Below, one piece after another: positions 62,614-64,000 of a stretch of 64,000 nucleotides of DNA. The notes beneath the pieces are model-generated. The model saw nothing but the letters and a program-made list of their open reading frames with translations, did not search any database and was not told the origin of the DNA. The stretch comes from a virus. Location of the stretch: the IMG/VR virus record IMGVR_UViG_3300045971_000247, positions 2,313 through 66,312 of that record; one strand, given 5' to 3'. Every line of letters starts with the position of its first letter. Within the stretch, counting starts at the first letter, position 1. Position numbers and translations under genes: made by a program.

Positions 62614-64000
62614 TACGTCACCTGGACCGGCCCGTCAAAGGCCAACAGCGCGGCGCCCTGAGTCGTCGTTCCGTCACTATTGCTCAGCAGCAAATGCCCG
62701 ACTCCACCACTAGCGAGGTTCGTACGTACGAGAAAGCTGATAACGCCAAGGTTGTTGGTGCTCAGCCCTGACAAGTTATCGGTCGGGTTCGTGAGTGTGT
62801 CGGGCGTTGTCTGGTCAAACCAGGCCGCTTTCAGGCCAGTCACGTTCGAGCGCAACGTCACGCCATCGGGGTAATAGAGAGTCAGCGTGACCGTTCTTGT
62901 CGTCGTCGGCTGAATAAATCCCGAGAAGGGAGGGATGAACACTTCGTCGGGAATCGAGTACACGCCCGCACCGTTGTCCCAGACGATGATCCCGCGCCAA
63001 CTCTTGTCGGAGTTCAGGGTCAGCCCCACGTCTGTCGAAACCCCAGTTGCGACGCCTGGGATGGCGGTCACGCCGATGGTGACCCGTGAACCTACTGCGG
63101 TCAACGTGCCACCGACATCCTGGTAAAGCTGGTACCCGGGGCTCGTCATGGCCGTGCCGTAGGGGAAGACCGTGACCTTGGTCACTTCCCCTATCGAGCC
63201 TGGGTTGAAAAGCGGCGGCAGGTACAACTCGCGCGGCGCGTACACGTTCGTCGTCTGGCCGGTCTCCCACAGTGCGTACCCGTGGAAGCCGCCGTAGGTG
63301 TCGGTCGGTACCGCGATTGCGGCCAGCCGGCCATTGCTGATGCCGGTGATCGACGCGATGTTCGTCGTGACCAACGCGGACACCAGCGTGCTGTTCCCGC
63401 TAAACACCCGATAGCCGGGGGTGGGCAGCGTGTCGGTGGTGAGGAACGGCCCGATCTGCTGAATCAGGTTCGACCCAACGTAGCCGTTCGGGGTGACGCC
63501 GGCAGACGGCGAGGACGACGTACCTACCCCGCCCGCGTTGTACGCGTAGACCGTCGCCGTGTACGCCGTACCGTTGGCGAGCCCTGTGACCGTGATGGGC
63601 GACCCAACGCCGGATCTTGTGGCGCCGTTCGACGCCGTGACCAGATAGCCTGTGATCGCGCCGCCGCCATCGTCAGCCGGCGCGGTGAACGAGAACGTGA
63701 TTTGCTGGTTGCCCGCCACGCCAACAAGCCCGGTCGGTGCCCCCGGGGCTACGACTGCGTTGCTGAACGCTTGACTGGTGGCCGTGCCGCTTTCCGCGAT
63801 GATGATCGGCGTGTACGAGACCGAGGTGGTCGTCAGGTTGAACGTCGCGGTGGTCGAGTTGACCTGGACGTAGGCTGAGATTCCTGATGCCGGGCCGCTG
63901 GTGATCGAGAACGTGTTGGTGGCGCTGGAAGTCGCACCGTTCAGGAACGTCGCGGTGATGCTGACTACGCCGACGGCGTGCCCTGCAGACGGAGAAAGGC
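62613..64000 (-). CDS. Fibronectin type III domain virion protein (start probably outside window)
   Basis: APGAPTGL..VAGNQQITFSFTAPADDGGGAITGY...TGLANGTAYTATVYAYNAGG; frame continues upstream of 63719. Confidence 0.8.
   Translation of the reverse strand, partial: LSPSAGHAVGVVSITATFLNGATSSATNTFSITSGPASGISAYVQVNSTTATFNLTTTSVSYTPIIIAESGTATSQAFSNAVVAPGAPTGLVGVAGNQQITFSFTAPADDGGGAITGYLVTASNGATRSGVGSPITVTGLANGTAYTATVYAYNAGGVGTSSSPSAGVTPNGYVGSNLIQQIGPFLTTDTLPTPGYRVFSGNSTLVSALVTTNIASITGISNGRLAAIAVPTDTYGGFHGYALWETGQTTNVYAPRELYLPPLFNPGSIGEVTKVTVFPYGTAMTSPGYQLYQDVGGTLTAVGSRVTIGVTAIPGVATGVSTDVGLTLNSDKSWRGIIVWDNGAGVYSIPDEVFIPPFSGFIQPTTTRTVTLTLYYPDGVTLRSNVTGLKAAWFDQTTPDTLTNPTDNLSGLSTNNLGVISFLVRTNLASGGVGHLLLSNSDGTTTQGAALLAFDGPVQVT

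Noticed and set aside
53022-64000. Diversity-generating retroelement acting on tail genes
   Set aside because: No reverse transcriptase and no TR/VR pair with adenine-specific mismatches seen in the window

Overview
The whole window is one GC-rich tailed dsDNA phage genome segment, with no recognisable host chromosome. It has three blocks. (1) 1-11.4 kb, minus strand: terminase small and large subunits, portal, scaffold, a GH108 endolysin/holin lysis cassette, a FliA (sigma-28)-like sigma factor and an N4-gp56-family major capsid protein. (2) 11.7-41.1 kb, plus strand: early and replication genes, including primase-helicase, an AAA+/VWA-peptidase cluster, PD-(D/E)XK nuclease, SNF2-type helicase, family A DNA polymerase, DEDD exonuclease, ATP-dependent ligase, Xis and a tyrosine integrase, plus an intact attP (3' part of tRNA-Val(GAC) with arm-type repeats). 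(3) 41.2-64 kb, minus strand: large internal virion proteins and tail/appendage genes. The intact attP indicates a temperate phage in non-integrated form; a Burkholderiales host is inferred from the FliA sequence. The main finding is in the DNA polymerase. It carries two related inteins, and in each the HNH-type homing endonuclease is not part of the intein protein but is encoded in a different reading frame (-1 in intein 1, +1 in intein 2), while the intein/polymerase frame stays open across it. Other signals are a FliA with host-like region 2 and diverged region 4, two inverted AT-rich iteron-bearing elements about 25.5 kb apart, a dispersed (A)TCTAAGAT motif, and a C-terminal TxKLT-like motif shared by six unrelated small proteins. 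All family assignments come from reading motifs by eye; no database search was run.
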